From assembly GCA_012295275.1 (NCBI GenBank), contig CM022670.1, forward strand, positions 13,392,001 to 13,456,000: DNA of 64,000 bases. Reading direction: 5' to 3'. A model generated the notes under the pieces. That model was not told the DNA's origin, did not search any database, and saw nothing but the letters and a program-made list of their open reading frames with translations. A program made the translations under genes and the position numbers. The first letter of the stretch is position 1. Each line of letters starts with the position of its first letter. Of this stretch, positions 14,725-29,120 are shown in pieces. This DNA is from Chrysomallon squamiferum (lineage: Eukaryota > Animalia > Mollusca).

Positions 14725-16272
14725 TAATGGCAATCTACAGTTAGCAGCACACAAATCTGGTATTATGTATATTCTTCTACAACCAGTATTTTGAATATAC
14801 TGGAACGTGAAATGTATTAATAAACACACAATAACAAACGGTTCATGCAATCATTTTTTACTGCGGTCATTTGTTTCTGTGTAATAGCTTGAACAAAAAA
14901 AAAAAATAATAATAATAATAATAAGGAAAAAATAAAGACTAATGAAAAAAGAAATTAAAAGAACACTTTTTTTTTTTCTCTTAAGCATTCTACCATTTAA
15001 GCTATCAGTGACTAATAATGACATATGACATGAATATCATATTTGATTTATTTCTAATGTCACCGTGTTTCCGAGGTAACTGCTCATCTAAAACTGTGAC
15101 GAGGTGTCATCAGAATATTTTCCGCATTGCAGTTACATCTGTGTCTGTCATACATCACGAAAAGTGATAGTAAAACAATACCCTTGTACAGGTTTATTGG
15201 CTGACTTTGTGTGTTCTGGTGCAGTGACAAATGACTACATCAAAATAGCATTGCATGTAACCCTATAGTAAGTGTTCATTGTAATTTTATATGTCTTTTA
15301 TGTCTTTTTATCATGACAAGTATGTAGTATTTTTGGTCTGACATTCTTTATAAATTCCTAGACAATTTTCATATTACAGTCAACTGAATTAATATAAATG
15401 TTTGTTAATATATATATATATATTTTACATTTTTGTTCAGATTAAGGTGACAGACTTTCAGAAGTTGGAAACTCATATACAGATATACAGATATACAGAT
15501 ATGCAATAACCATACAGCAGTTAAATAGCTATTTCAACATTCCTAAAATGACTCAAAGATTTTTTGTTTCTTTTAAATAACTTCAGATTTAATACAGACT
15601 CATCATAACAAAAGAAAGAAAGAAAAAAAACAACAAAGAATGGAAAACAAAATAAAGAAAAAAAAGGTGAAGTCAGCAAAACCTTGATCTTTTCATATAT
15701 GTAGTCACACTTTGTATCAGCAAAACCTTTCAAGAACAAAGTAAACAAGTTCAAGTGTGGATTAGATAAACAAAAAAATGCCAAGCCTAGCAAACACGGC
15801 ATTTGATATACATGGTGTTTGGTATTGCACAATGAGCGATGAAAAAAAAAAAAAATAAAAATAAAATACAGAAAGATTCCGTAGCCATGAACAGGCCAAA
15901 CAAGAATAGATTGTCATCAAAAGAGTCCTTTCTTTTGAAATTCACCTGAAGCCAAATATTGATGGAGGGGCCATCTTGCTTAATGACAGTTCATCAAATA
16001 ACCAGTACCTGTCAGTTCGGCTGTGTGTTGTCACACACGACAGAGTCGACATTGTGTGGACTCGGGTGACACAGTAACTTAGATACAGGTGTTATTCACA
16101 TTAAGCATACTTACAGGTGTTGCACTCGCGAATTAATATATTTATATATATATGTATATGTATGGGCAGCAAATGAATTAAATAAAAACATTACAGTTGC
16201 ACACTTATATTTAACAACACAGGTATTGATATTATGTGTATATATACTTAGAATGCTTCAAAGTCTTAAACT

Positions 16273-16310
<38 letters not shown>

Positions 16311-16796
16311 TACATACACACACACATATATATATATATATATAAATATAAAATCATTAAAACAATAATTTATTTATTGGATTTAATATGCTTGCCATCC
16401 AAAGGTTAAAGAAATTTTACTGCCCTCTCCTCAAGGCTCAAGACCCCCTCACCCTTCCTACTTAGTTTATATAACATGAATGGTTATAACTTATGATCTA
16501 GTTGAAAGCAAAAACATGGTTTTACATTTACATAATGATTTATTTACAAATCAAATGTGAAAATACGAATTTATATAACATAAACTGCAGCCCCTATCAT
16601 CCTGCCACCCTAGAAAGCCTATATGGCAAATCTGGCCCTGCCTACACATATACACCATGATAATTTACGGTTGTTGCCATTCCCATGATGCTTTTAAATA
16701 CCAATACAACACCTATTTGTTATTTCAATAAAGAAGTTAATTTATCACAAATTATAAAAAAAAAGTTCATGGTATAGTAGAAATGTATTGCCATAA

Positions 16797-16849
<53 letters not shown>

Positions 16850-17504
16850 TAAAAAAAAAACAGCTGTTGTTAACAGGAAATGTTTTATTTTATTTAATCA
16901 CTTTATTATTTTTGCTTCTCTTTTACATTACCAGAGCAGTGGAGCTCTTTATTTCTGTATTTATCTGACAGACTGTATTTTTTTAACCCATAATAAATGT
17001 GGATGTGTCAGACAAAATGTGACTGACTTTCATCAAAATGCTGTTATGTCCTGGATGATTAAACTCCAGTCATTAGACACGCATAAACTAAGTTACTGCC
17101 GATTCTAAGTACAGAATGAGTAACATTGTGAAATCTGTGTCTACTCCTACTGGAACGCAGGATGATAGAATACATGTCATAATGAGGATGCGACTTATAT
17201 CAGGAAATAAGAGTTAGGGCTGTGTCACCATCCACACCCACACTTCCTACTTACACATTCTGAATCATCTCTCTGTGTGTCTGTGTGTCTGTGTGTATGT
17301 AAGTGTGCATGTGTGATGGGTGTGAGTGTATGTTTGTTAGCTATTTATTTGTTATATATTCACATTTGTTTCTTTTTTATATTTTTTTTATTTTTTTTTT
17401 TTTGCATTTCTATTTTTTTCTTTTTTTTTTTTTTTAATTTTTAATTTTTTTTTTTTTTTTTTCTATTTTTTTTTTTTTTTCCTGAATGTTGGTTTTCAGT
17501 AACA

Positions 17505-17546
<42 letters not shown>

Positions 17547-20089
17547 CTTGAAACCAAATAATTAATAAATAATTTGAAAAAGAATGCCTCAAGCTTAGTA
17601 AAAGTGAATGTCTTGTTCACTGAACAGATAGTGAGACTCTAGGGAGAGAGGAAGACAGAGAGACATTCAGAGAAAAAGAAAGACAGAAAGACAGAAAAGA
17701 GGAAGAAAAAACCAAACAGAACGTGCATTATGTAAAAAATTAAACAGATATATATACAAATGAATTAGTAAGATAAACAGATAAAAACAAAGATTGGCAC
17801 AGAGAGAAGGTATGAGTATGTACAAAGTTTACTGTTAAAAAACACAAGCATATTATGGTACAAAACACCAATGAAATGACATGAATGTTTTCCCCTACAT
17901 CAGATGAACTTTGAAGGAAACTGATACCAATCAACTTAAAGACAGAAAACCAAGTGAACTGTACGTGACACCAGCAAGAAGCCATTAGAATGGGCCTATC
18001 ACTATCAGTCATCATAGAAGCTGTTTCTTTTTTTTTTTCCGTCTTTTTTTATCAGTTTATCCTGCTGTAAAATCTAATCTGACCAAATGTATATGTGTAA
18101 TTAAAGTGATCCAAAGAAACATTTTAAATTATACCTGTCTATAAAGCAAAAGAGCACCTAAAGAAGTACTGTAAATTGATGACATTTTTCTTTGTGTTAA
18201 TATTTATGTCTAATACACTTAATATTGAGGCCTTGAAAAAACACCTGCCTAAGAATTCACATGTCATAAAATCCATCCTGCTCTGAGCTCCCTTTTTTTT
18301 CTATTCCAACTGGAGACACATGACAGGTGTATCAAACACACACTTTCAGACATATGATTTTCTTATCAAGGTATTATTATGAAAAAGAAATAATCTTTTA
18401 TTACACTATGGCTATCTAAACAATGAACTAACAGAAAAGTATCTTTAATACTTTTGTCTCACGATACACAGAAAAACAGACATGCTCTAGGTCTATACAC
18501 TGGTTATTTGCTCTGCCTGGAACAAGAAAACTGGATTGATACCGACAGTGCTTCTTGTCAAAAGACTGCAATAACAATAATCTAAAGTCTTCTGCTTTTC
18601 AATCCATTGCTTTAATTACTGAACAACAGTAAAAAAAAAAAAAAAATTGATTGAATTTTCATTTTTACATTAATGATATATCAAATTATTTCATTTTAAA
18701 ACATGGGACAACAATAAGTAGCATTAGTACTAAAGCAAAGTATTTACCTTGTGGAAAGGATCAGGGCTGTGCTGAAAGCTGAGTAACATGTAGGACATGA
18801 TGTTGAAACTTGCTTCTCTGGCTACAGGGTACTGAAACTTGTCTGCAATCTGAAAAACATAACTGGTTAATTCAGCACTTGTTTTGATATCAGTGGATGG
18901 ATGGATGGATCAATGGATGAAATGAATGGGTAGGTAGATTGACAGATATTAATAAATTATTATTAATTGAACTTATTAATAAGTTATGCAAATTTTCAGT
19001 ATAATTAAAAATAAATAAATAAATACATACATACATGCATACATACATACATAAATTAATTAATTAATTTAAAAAACAAAACAAAAATAGCTCCCCCACA
19101 ACTTGATATATAAAATGATATCAAAATGGATATTATATAAGCAACATTTTACTTACCAAATCAATTTTTTCTTCTGTTACTGTTACAAGTATTGTGTATT
19201 TTTTAGCATGTGCCAACTCCTTTAAGAAAGTAATCACCCATTGGTCAATATTTTTAACAGTTGGCCAGGCAAGCCAATCAATCATTCTCTGAAGTGCCAG
19301 TGTGATGCTGGAATCCTCAACAACAGGATCTGTTACTGCATTCTTAACCACCATGTTTGCTATCTCCATGGGAATAAATCGAACAAGAACACCAAGACAA
19401 ACATAACTTTCCGTCTCATCCTCCATGGAAATCAAAGAGAATATAGCTCTGAGAGAGTCCAGGATCACTGAATGGTCCATAGTGCACCAGATCCTGTGAA
19501 GAAGATCTGCCACCACAGTAGCATCGTGGACAAATGGGAGAATACTGTTCTGGTCCTCAGGGACAGAGCAAAGTGCAAGAGCGTTTATCAAAGCTATACT
19601 GAATCTTGATGTGAAGTCTCCGCTCGGAATGCAGTCCTTGAATTCACCAAGAAACTCAGAGAAATTCCTAAGACATTTCATCTCCACATGCTCTTGAACA
19701 AAGCTGATGGCCTTGGCCTGGATGACCTTGATATGGTTCAAGTAGGTCGGGGTCATCTTCAGCAGATGCAGAGACTCCTGCAACAGGATTGGGACATTGG
19801 CCGAGTTCCTGTACTTCTTCTCCAGAAGGTTAAGAAGAAATTCTCTGTTGAAGAACATCTCCAGGGTGGAGACATCGTGCTTTGACCACTGCAGGTAGAC
19901 CTGGAGACCTGAGGATACTGTGAGTTGAGATGTTCCATCCAGAAACCAGTCAGCACAGATCTCGAGCACTGAACGCACTAGGTTTGGAGGGTGGTTGTCC
20001 TGTCCTTTCTCTGCTATCTTCTCAATGAGCTGCCTCTTCATGGGATCAGGATGATTTGAGATGATGATGCCTTGAAGTATTCGGTCCAT
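9038..20089 (-). CDS. USP38: Ubiquitin carboxyl-terminal hydrolase of the USP35/USP38 family, 7 coding exons, with a 1-nt frame break near 10560-10610
   Basis: Exons 20089-19157 (MDRILQGIIISNHP...; acceptor at 20104), 18849-18748 (MLLSFQHSPDPFH), 14232-14077 (GFPDLYDPVLEAIK), 13581-13385 (Cys box GLFNLGNTCYMNSVLQAL), 11273-11180, 10743-9515 (QQDCSEF; His box HSGTSSECGHYYCY; WYLFNDS) and 9229-9038 (DDDDSPGPLGSCGGG...SRFVF stop). N- and C-termini resemble vertebrate USP38/USP35; probably a co-ortholog of both. Confidence 0.93.
11560..12260. repeat. Degenerate intronic minisatellite, unit about 30-40 bp
   Basis: Recurrent AACTAGTTACATCA...AAAGTTGATT units, becoming near-perfect TTGTTTTAACAAGTTATATCATGCATAAATTA copies at about 12105-12215. 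Confidence 0.8.
12275..13290. mobile_element. Decayed MITE / Tc1-pogo-like non-autonomous element (tentative)
   Basis: Starts CAGTGGAC...AAAACGG with internal AAACCGA/GTCCC motifs and ends in a degenerate GGTCCC...CCTGTTT segment typical of such termini. No transposase; the termini match poorly. Confidence 0.25.
13830..13945 (-). mobile_element. tRNA-derived SINE remnant (head)
   Basis: The reverse strand reads as a decayed GTAGTTTAATAG...GGATTGAT head with A/B-box-like motifs; similar to 20935-21035. Confidence 0.3.
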
Positions 20090-20227
20090 GTTGTCTATAT
20101 CGTGCTGAAAGATCAAAAAGCAAATAAATAAAAATTAGATTTCTTATTAAATGTGAAAGTGTTTTTTTTTTTTTAAACTGTTTACATGAGATCAAAGAGA
20201 GTCATAAAAACACAGACACACCCAAAG

Positions 20228-20280
<53 letters not shown>

Positions 20281-20934
20281 TTAATTAATTAAAAATAATA
20301 ATAATAATTTATTTTTTACTGAAACATAAATAAAATTACATTAAAAAACCCGCCAATATATAACATTCCAAAATAGCTGCCTCATAAAAATAAAAGTGTT
20401 ACAATACTATTTTAACAGGATTGATATTCATTCATACATCTGTCCATCCATCTTTTCATTCATTTATTTTAGTACATTTAGTAGATTTTAAATATTTTTC
20501 TATTTAAACTGTCAAGAAATAGAAACGGTGATATACTGAGTCACATTTAGATAGATTTCTTACTGATATCAAATGTCACAACTTCTCTGAAGAAAGGACA
20601 GTTAATAAAACATATATCTGTCACAGAAACACAGCAATAAAACTCTTACACACAGACACACATTCAATTTAAATAACAACAAAACTGTTCTCATTTACAG
20701 TGCAATTTCTTAAAATAGAACCCACAGTGCTGTAATGAATGCCAATATAAAAAGACACTGGTACCAACTTTAATAATAAAATTTATTAGACATTTGGGAC
20801 TTAAATGTATTTGACTGACTGAGAGAAGAAATGTATATAAGCTGTTTTTATCAATTAATAGCAGTGGATCTATAAAATGCAATAAAAGATATATACTGTA
20901 TTATCACTGCTATTAAAATATCACCTAACAGTCA

Positions 20935-21035
20935 CTGGCTGTATTGAGAAATAACCCTATTGATGCACCACAGAGAATTGATCCAGTGACTAATTATGTC
21001 TAAGAGGAGTGTTTTAACCATAAGCTACATCTTCC
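20935..21035 (-). mobile_element. tRNA-derived SINE remnant (head)
   Basis: Reverse strand GATGTAGCTTATGGTTAAAAC...GGATCAATTC, A-box/B-box-like. Confidence 0.35.
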
Positions 21036-24000
21036 TTCTTTATAGAAAATATATATATTTTGCAGTCGTACTGGTACAACTAAAACAAAAATATAATGAA
21101 TCTTCTCAAAACAACATGAATTTTCCTCAAAACTAAATGTTTTCCATTCATGGTCCTATAGTTTATGAAGTACTAAAAGACAATGCCTGAATAGACAGAA
21201 AACCACTTCAAACCAAACGTTTTACATTATCTATATTTGTGAGGAAAAAAAAGAATACAAAAAAATGTGTATCTTTGTGGTTATCCAAAAATAGTTTTTG
21301 ATATATAAAATAAATCTTTTATCTAAAGAAATGAATATATTTTTGACAATACATTTAAAAAAAAAAAATCATTTATATCTTTTTTCTTTAAGTAAAATTA
21401 AAATATTATAGTAACTATAATATTACAGATCTACAGGAATGCACACAAAAAGCAATATAAGCTATTTTCCACTGCAATCAATAATTCAGTTTAATAAAAA
21501 CCATGGTATATGTTTCTCTGTGCATGCAATGCAATTAGAAAAAACCCCAAATAAAACAAAAACAAATAAGACTGTTCATTCTTCATAATAAATCAAATAA
21601 CCATAACAACAACACAAATAAAGTATTTGTTATCTGAGAAATAATTATAATGATAACAGTAATAACACAACAGTAGCAAAATGAAGGGTTTGGAACAATA
21701 TTATGAGATATTAATTTATTCTTGCATATTTGTATTACAAGAATGTTTATGCCCAATAACTTCTCATAGAAACAGAATGCACCATTAACTCTCAACATAT
21801 TTTTATTTGCATCAGTTACAAAATACAAAAACATACTACATTAAATGATTTAATCTATTAATCATCTGTCTACATTACAAGTTATCAATTTTATATATAT
21901 AAAATGCAAAAATATATGATTCAATTCATATTATGAACTCATTTTTATCTGTATCAGTTATACTTGTAAAATACAAGAAGATTCTGCAAAAGATGTTTTA
22001 ATCCAAAAATGTTTAAAATCAATTGACAGCATATTATTATTTTGTTTTTACTTACAGCAATTATACTTGTAAAATAATGAAATAATTCATACAGGATTAG
22101 AATATATTACCATTTATCAACTTATTTTTACCTGTATTTGTAACACACAAGAAGGTTTCTATATTACATGATTAACTACGTAGAATGATATCAATATACC
22201 CATCAACTTATTTTTTATCAGATATAATTTATACTTGTGTAAAATACAAGACTATACTGTATAATGTGATCAACCCCTTTACAACGTAGGAATTCAGTAA
22301 AAGGTAACAGCAATAAGCTAAGTGTTCAGCCTGGAGCTGGTTTTACACTTGAGGGCTCCTCTGTCCCGTGTCACAGGGATGAGAAGAACTGGGTCTGTGA
22401 ACCAGGCCAAGGGTTCAGTGACATTGTGACAATGTTTGTTTAAGTACACATCTACCTTCACCCAGCTTAGGTACCTACCGAACATCGACAAAGATATTTT
22501 ACATAATATCTTCAGTGATATACATTTTAATGCGTAAAGTTTGTTGTCCGAGAAGTGCTCATGAAACACTATAAAAATCTGATCTTGAAGATACAGATTC
22601 ATAAATTACTGAAATTAAAGATATAAAATGTATTTTTTGTTAAGAAAAATAATTTAATCCAAAGACTGATTGATGTTGGGTACCCTGTAAGTTATTTTTA
22701 CTTTCTTCCAAGGATGAATTAATGATCATGTGTCAAGCTAACTGCAAAACCAGCTTCTTTGTCAGCTGTGGTTATTCTTGGCAACAGTGTGGATTATACT
22801 GCCATCTTCACTAATGTGAAATTTGTGGTTATACTGCTGAACATGTACTAAAATTGTAATTTTGTTTTACTTTTTCAAAATATCAAGTTGAGTTCTACTG
22901 TGTTTAATAACATCTGAAAATTTAATGGTTATTAGTTATCATAATTAAGTCATTTTTATATCAGTTTTCTTAATTCTGAGAAATTACAGTCTGGCAATGG
23001 TCTACATAAGATTTATGATCAAACTTATAAAGAATGTGTACATATAGAATTTAAATAAAATATATATTTTTTTTTTTTTTTTTTTTTGTTTGAATATAAA
23101 GCTGATATTTTGTAAACAAACTTCAAGAATAATAGCTAAAAAAATAATTATAATAATAATAATAATAAAAAAGATATTTACATAATAAATAACTTTCTAT
23201 TGTGTGCAGTGACAATGTGTGCATAGATATGTATGTGTACAATTAAAGCCTGAAACTAATCCTAGCCAAACAATTCTCTTATCAAATGTCCCATGATAAA
23301 AACAATTTAAAAAATCTTAAGACATTTTATTCCATAAATAAGTAATTTAATCTTGAGCTGTTTCAGCTTAACTTTGCTGAGTCAAGGATTCACACAATTT
23401 AATGTTGAAATAGTTGTTACAATTTAGTCCTTAAACAACTTTGATCAATTTAAATTATGTTTAATGGAATATTTAAGTAACATACTTTTAGTATTTAAAT
23501 ATCTCAGACAACCTAAATGTCTTTTATAGATTAGTATTTGTTTGAAATATTTAACTGTGTAATGTTTAAATACTATTGATTAAACTTGTGTAGATAATTT
23601 AATGTATAAAAATACTTTAGATAATATTAATATTTAAATGGCTTATATAGTTTTATATTTAAAACAACTTTAATTTCAGTATAATCTTTAAATATTTAAA
23701 TTTTCCTACCAACATGTTTACATAACTAAGACGATTTAACACTTAAAGAAGACCCAAAGCAAAACTACCAAATTTAATGGACTAAAAAATTATACATTCA
23801 TTCATAAGATTGTTTCAAGTGTCTTATGTAACTAAAAAAAAAAAAAAAAATGGCCACCTCAAAGAGCTGTTATATTATTGTTAGATTTTATCTCATTCCA
23901 GCCAGTTATTACGTATCAGTCATAATTTTAATGCATGCCAATGGTATAAAAGAGTTTAAAAAAACAACAACCAATGCCACACTGTGGGCTGTTCTGGTCA

Positions 24001-24899
24001 ACGAACAGCAACTGTTCTGTTACTATGAACCTTCCCATTGACAGGTAACAACATACCACAGTTTTTTTTTATAAATAAAGTTGCAAGGCACAAATATACT
24101 TAGATAAGATATAAGACTGAACAAAAACAAATACACAAACATAAGTATTATTGCTATTCCTGCAGAGTAACTCAACAGGTTAAATAGCATAGACAATTTT
24201 ATGGTTAAATGAAAGAGATTGATGAGATAAAGATGTCACCTCAAAACGTAAGTGCACTGATAAAATCTCTGGTTGCAAAGGTATGCGTTTATTAACTCAG
24301 TTTAAATCTCTCTCAGTAGGTGTTATCAAACATATCACACGTAATCTTCAATCATAACAGAATGTAATGAAATACTGACGACAGTAATATATAATGTCTG
24401 TTCCTTGCCTCAATGAAAGATTTAATAACTCCAAAATTTACTCTTTTAATCATTAAAAGTTAGAATGAGGATTACATTCTATAGACTGTAATGCATAGTT
24501 GGAATGGCAATTTGTATCATTGCTATTTCATTTGAAAAGTAAAATGACAATACTGACAGAAGATGGAAATTTCTGTCTAGTTTTTGGTGTTTAATCTACT
24601 TTCAGTATAATATCAAGCAGGTAGGAGGGAACAGGGCCAGTGTGTCTGTTCTTAACAACAGCTTGTGGCATCAGAACTGACCATGAGAGGTTAAAACACA
24701 ACTGCTCTTTCTTGTTTCTTAAACAGACTTTAACAGGCTTCTGGAACATGTGTCCAAGAAAAACTAGCTTGAATCTTTAGCATGTTTCAGTGGTTAACTG
24801 ACTGACTAACAAGCAAACTGCTGAAGTTATACTTGATCTGTCTTAATTAGAAATTTAAGTCTTATATGAGCTAATGATTAAAATACCATTATATCTTTG

Positions 24900-24953
<54 letters not shown>

Positions 24954-27144
24954 TTAAATATTTCCAGTGTGTCATAGACAAAAAGAAAAAGGGAAAATAA
25001 TAATAAGAATGCACAAAAGGAAGATAATTTACATACTCAGAGCATGTAACTATTAAGTATGTCTCGTGTATCACAGGAAACTGCTGTATAAATTACTTTA
25101 GAAAACATGTGACACCATATATAACATTACGCAATCAGTGTATTTGTTGTAAAAAGGTCATACAAGTAATTTATTTAATATTGTATGACATTTCTATATT
25201 ATTCTTAAACTGTTACATTACTTACTGTATCAACTACACTAAAGTTTAATGTTTTGTAAATTTTAGGTTAATGTTTACACACGATTTCCCAGACATTTGT
25301 ATTTTCCAGACACCAACTGCCCTCTACTAGTCTGTGAAATCAAGGGTCAGCAGTATATCCATGTGTATGTAAGCATATAGTTATATGCATCAGCAGACAC
25401 CCATATACATACATTCATTGTGGATGCCAAGTCACCTTCTGTCAGTGCATAAAAGTAAAATAACCACACTGAAAATCTTAAAATCATCTCTTTTTATTAC
25501 ATCACTGAAAACAATGACACAACTGTAAACTTTACAAAGACAAACAGGTGTATAGGTAGGTGCCCATAGGCAGTGTTATACCACACATTCTGCAGCAGCC
25601 ACATTGTTCACAATGTTGTTAAACTCTACGTATAGCATGCCATGAGAAATTAACTTGTCACAGCACCTGAACTCATTCTCTTTGTAGAGAACTGCCACAG
25701 GCATTTCTTGTCCTGTATACCTGTGTGTCTACATATTCATATCTACAACTGTCAATTTTCTTTATTAGTATTTCACCGTGACAGTTCTGGTAGAGCTGTT
25801 AATCTTGAATATGGGAACCGAGTGTATGTGTGTGTTTGTGTGTACACAAATGTTTTTATTAGTTATGTCAGATGACATTAGTAAGGCTTTTGCTTTTATT
25901 TTGACAATGCCAACACGGCCTACATTAAGCAGTTTTGTGAGTGTAATTAATTATATGTATGTGTGTGATCGCATGCATTTGTGCAATGCATCAAGTTACT
26001 ATCTTTGCGATATCAAAAATATTCTGCAAAGGTTAAAATACAAATGCCACTGGCTACTGTTATCAGATTGATAAAGCCCATATCTCAAGTTAATAATATG
26101 TTATTCTGTTTACCAGCTGTCTTGCTGCTTATAACCTTATTGCCAGCAATGTTTACATACCAAAATGCCTGTTAGCTGTATTAGATCTAATATATTCTAT
26201 CTCAAAAATGAAATAAGAGTATATTAATTCACTAATTATAACACATACACATAATAATAACAGTGACTTAACCAATCAGATCATTTGTAACAGTAATCAC
26301 TGTCACATATTGAACCAATCAGAATTTGAAACACATTTATTCCTTACCTTGACCTATGATTACAAATCATCTGACTTCTTATAAAGATTATTATTAAAAT
26401 GTCTTATCAAAAGAAAATAAATAAAATAAAAATATGTGGTTACAGCTTTGAAGATGATTTAAATAAAAAAATAAACATTAAAAGATATCAAATTAAATCT
26501 AAAGTTTTCAGGAATCTTACCCTGAATATTATTTATAACATGTGACCACTTTTCAAAATATTAACATTTCTGATATTATTTACAATAAACATTTAAAAGA
26601 GTTGTGGCCATTTTATTCATTTTCAATTTTTTTTTTTTTTTAAATTTAGTTTGTGCTTTCCAGTAATCTCAATATATTAAGCTGCTAAATGTCTGATTTA
26701 ATGTATGGAATACATCAATAAACTGACTCTCCACTTTCATCTGTTAATTTCTAAAAGAAACAATTTCATTATAAGACATCTGTATTATTTCCAAATTATT
26801 TATTGTACACATTTTAACAACTGCAGACAAACAACATTATGTAAATGAAATTTTACACAGAGACAAAAAGTGTGTTTTACAGTGTACACCTTCAGTAGTT
26901 TTACACACAAACAAAATATAATTAATGTACCGTCCACCCACATTTCAACTGCAAACAGAGAGTTAATACTTCAACACAGATTGCCGGCTTTATCAAACAC
27001 TTGATTAAAGAGCTTACAGAAATAGTCTGACAGGAATAAGTATTCCAGGTCACCCAGACATTCCAGTCATTTCAACACAGACTGCGTGACGCTAATGAGG
27101 CGACACCTGATTTTTAAAAAATCACGCATTTATTTCCTGTTCAA

Positions 27145-27600
27145 ACAACAGCTCGTTGGTTAGAGCAGTGATTGGGACTGGAGGATCTGTTACTGTAACA
27201 AAATCACATGGCTGCTTTTACTGCTGATTGTCATCACATCCTCTACACCTGCAGATCAGAGATCATTGTAAAATATACATTGTTTCAGGTACTAAAGCCA
27301 GAAATAGCTCGGTGATTTGAGCATTTGACTGAGACCGTAAGGACTGGCCAATGAATCTATGTTAACGCAACTGAACTGGTAATTCTAATCTTTGCTGGAG
27401 CCCAATGAGGTTGATATAAAAGACTATTGTAAAGTGTACATCTTTCACATTCTGAAACTGAAAATAGCTCAGTCAGTTGAGCTTCTGACAGAGACATGGT
27501 GGGACCCAAGGACCAATTTAGCTTGATACAATAGTTGGACTATTTCTAATTTTAGCTGGAGGCTATACTTCGATGTAATAAAGAATTTCTCTGGGCCTTT
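27145..27600 (+). repeat. Three tandem ~160-bp units, each starting with a tRNA-like A-box head
   Basis: AGCTCGTTGGTTAGAGC (~27150), TAGCTCGGTGATTTGAGC (~27305) and TAGCTCAGTCAGTTGAGC (~27465). Downstream TTCTAAT..T.GCTGGAG and ATTGTAAA.T.TACAT blocks recur at about the same period. Confidence 0.55.
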
Positions 27601-28774
27601 GCGAGAAAGACGTTAATAAAAGCTTTTTTTGTTGACTTGTACAAATCATATCTTAAACAGAAATCAGATAAACAAATTTTGAAATCTTGATACAATGATT
27701 TGAATATTTTATAAATGATTTACTCATTATTATTTATTTACATCCATCAGAAGGGAGTAACAAACTGGCAAAGTTTGATATTTATCTATCGTTTATTACA
27801 GTTTTTGAGTGAAATGTGATATGAAGAAAAAAAACAGACAACAATAGCAGGTTATTGTCTTAATGAATTGGTCTTGTCTTATTAATTCATGAACAAGTTT
27901 AATAATTTAAAACTATATTAAAACTGTTCATGTTAGCACAGGTAAGTTTTAATAACTATATTTGTTTGTTTTATTTTTACCACGAAATGGAAAAGTTCAT
28001 TGTAAAAAATTTGATGCTCTGATAATTTTAACATTTGTACCAAGGACAATTTTATTTATTTATTTATTTATTCAATTATTTATTCAATATAGATATGAAA
28101 ACTTTTATTGGGATGCTAATAATCAATATGGATAACACATTTTGAAAATTACTGAAGATACTTAACAGAAGAAAGTTAATGTTAGTTTTATTCACCATTC
28201 ATCTGTTCTCATACATACAAGGATAAGCACACCTTGAAAAACACGTCTACATTTTTGTACTATTTCACACCTGTAAATGTTTTCTTACACTAATATAACC
28301 AAAAACTATTTAAACCTGGTGGTAAACCAATTGTCAATAACTTTTACATTATAATCTATACTGAAGAAAAAAACAACAACAACAAGAGCAACCTACAAAC
28401 TGTACTTTTTGTACAGAGAATTATCAATGCCCCTCAAAACACTTTTATTATATATAAACTTATTTTTGCATATATACACCCAGCCATTACTCAGCCACCC
28501 AGAACCAAATGGTTTATTGACCAGAGTGGTCTTTCTATTCGACATTTTACTGCTTATTGTATTTTGTGTCTGTGCAGTGATGTGTGAAGGTCTTTATCAG
28601 ACGCTAAAGATCTTTTTAAACAAGGAATGTCTGTGGGTGTCGTGGAAATTCATTCACACACCTCAAGTAAACAGGCTGATCCAGTTAAACCTGCAAATCA
28701 AACTAATCTGCCATCACTTCAGTCATACTGGACCACAAGAAATGAATGTAATAAATAGGTTACTTTTCTCACAT

Positions 28775-29120
28775 ACAGTAGCCGATATTTCAATGGCTGA
28801 ATGCTGACATGAGACTCGATAGGCAGCAGGATCAGTTCTGCTCAGAGTCATTTCATTTTCCACACATAAATACTACATGACTGGTTTATCAAAAGCTGTG
28901 ATTATTTGCTTACTTGTATAGGATCGTGTATGTAAAACGCATGCTGCTGCTAACTGAATAGAACAGACGACGATATGACAACAATGGTTTTTTTCTGTTT
29001 GTTTTCTCTCTCATATGTATATGGATTTATCTATGCATTATTATTTTTCTTTGCAACCTGGTGTTTTGTTGCTTTGTGTTACACAAAACTATTTGTTTAA
29101 TGTTTGTTTAATGACATCTT
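28775..29120 (+). mobile_element. Decayed tRNA-derived SINE with central domain
   Basis: Head-like segment followed by ATGACTGGTTTATCAAAAGCTGTG...GTATGTAAAA...TGCTGCTAA, resembling a gastropod SINE body as recalled; not searched. Confidence 0.4.

Noticed and set aside
26270-26325. Two CCAATCAG boxes as a promoter
   Set aside because: Common motif in repeats, no CpG enrichment, and the adjacent small exon candidate is out of phase with USP.
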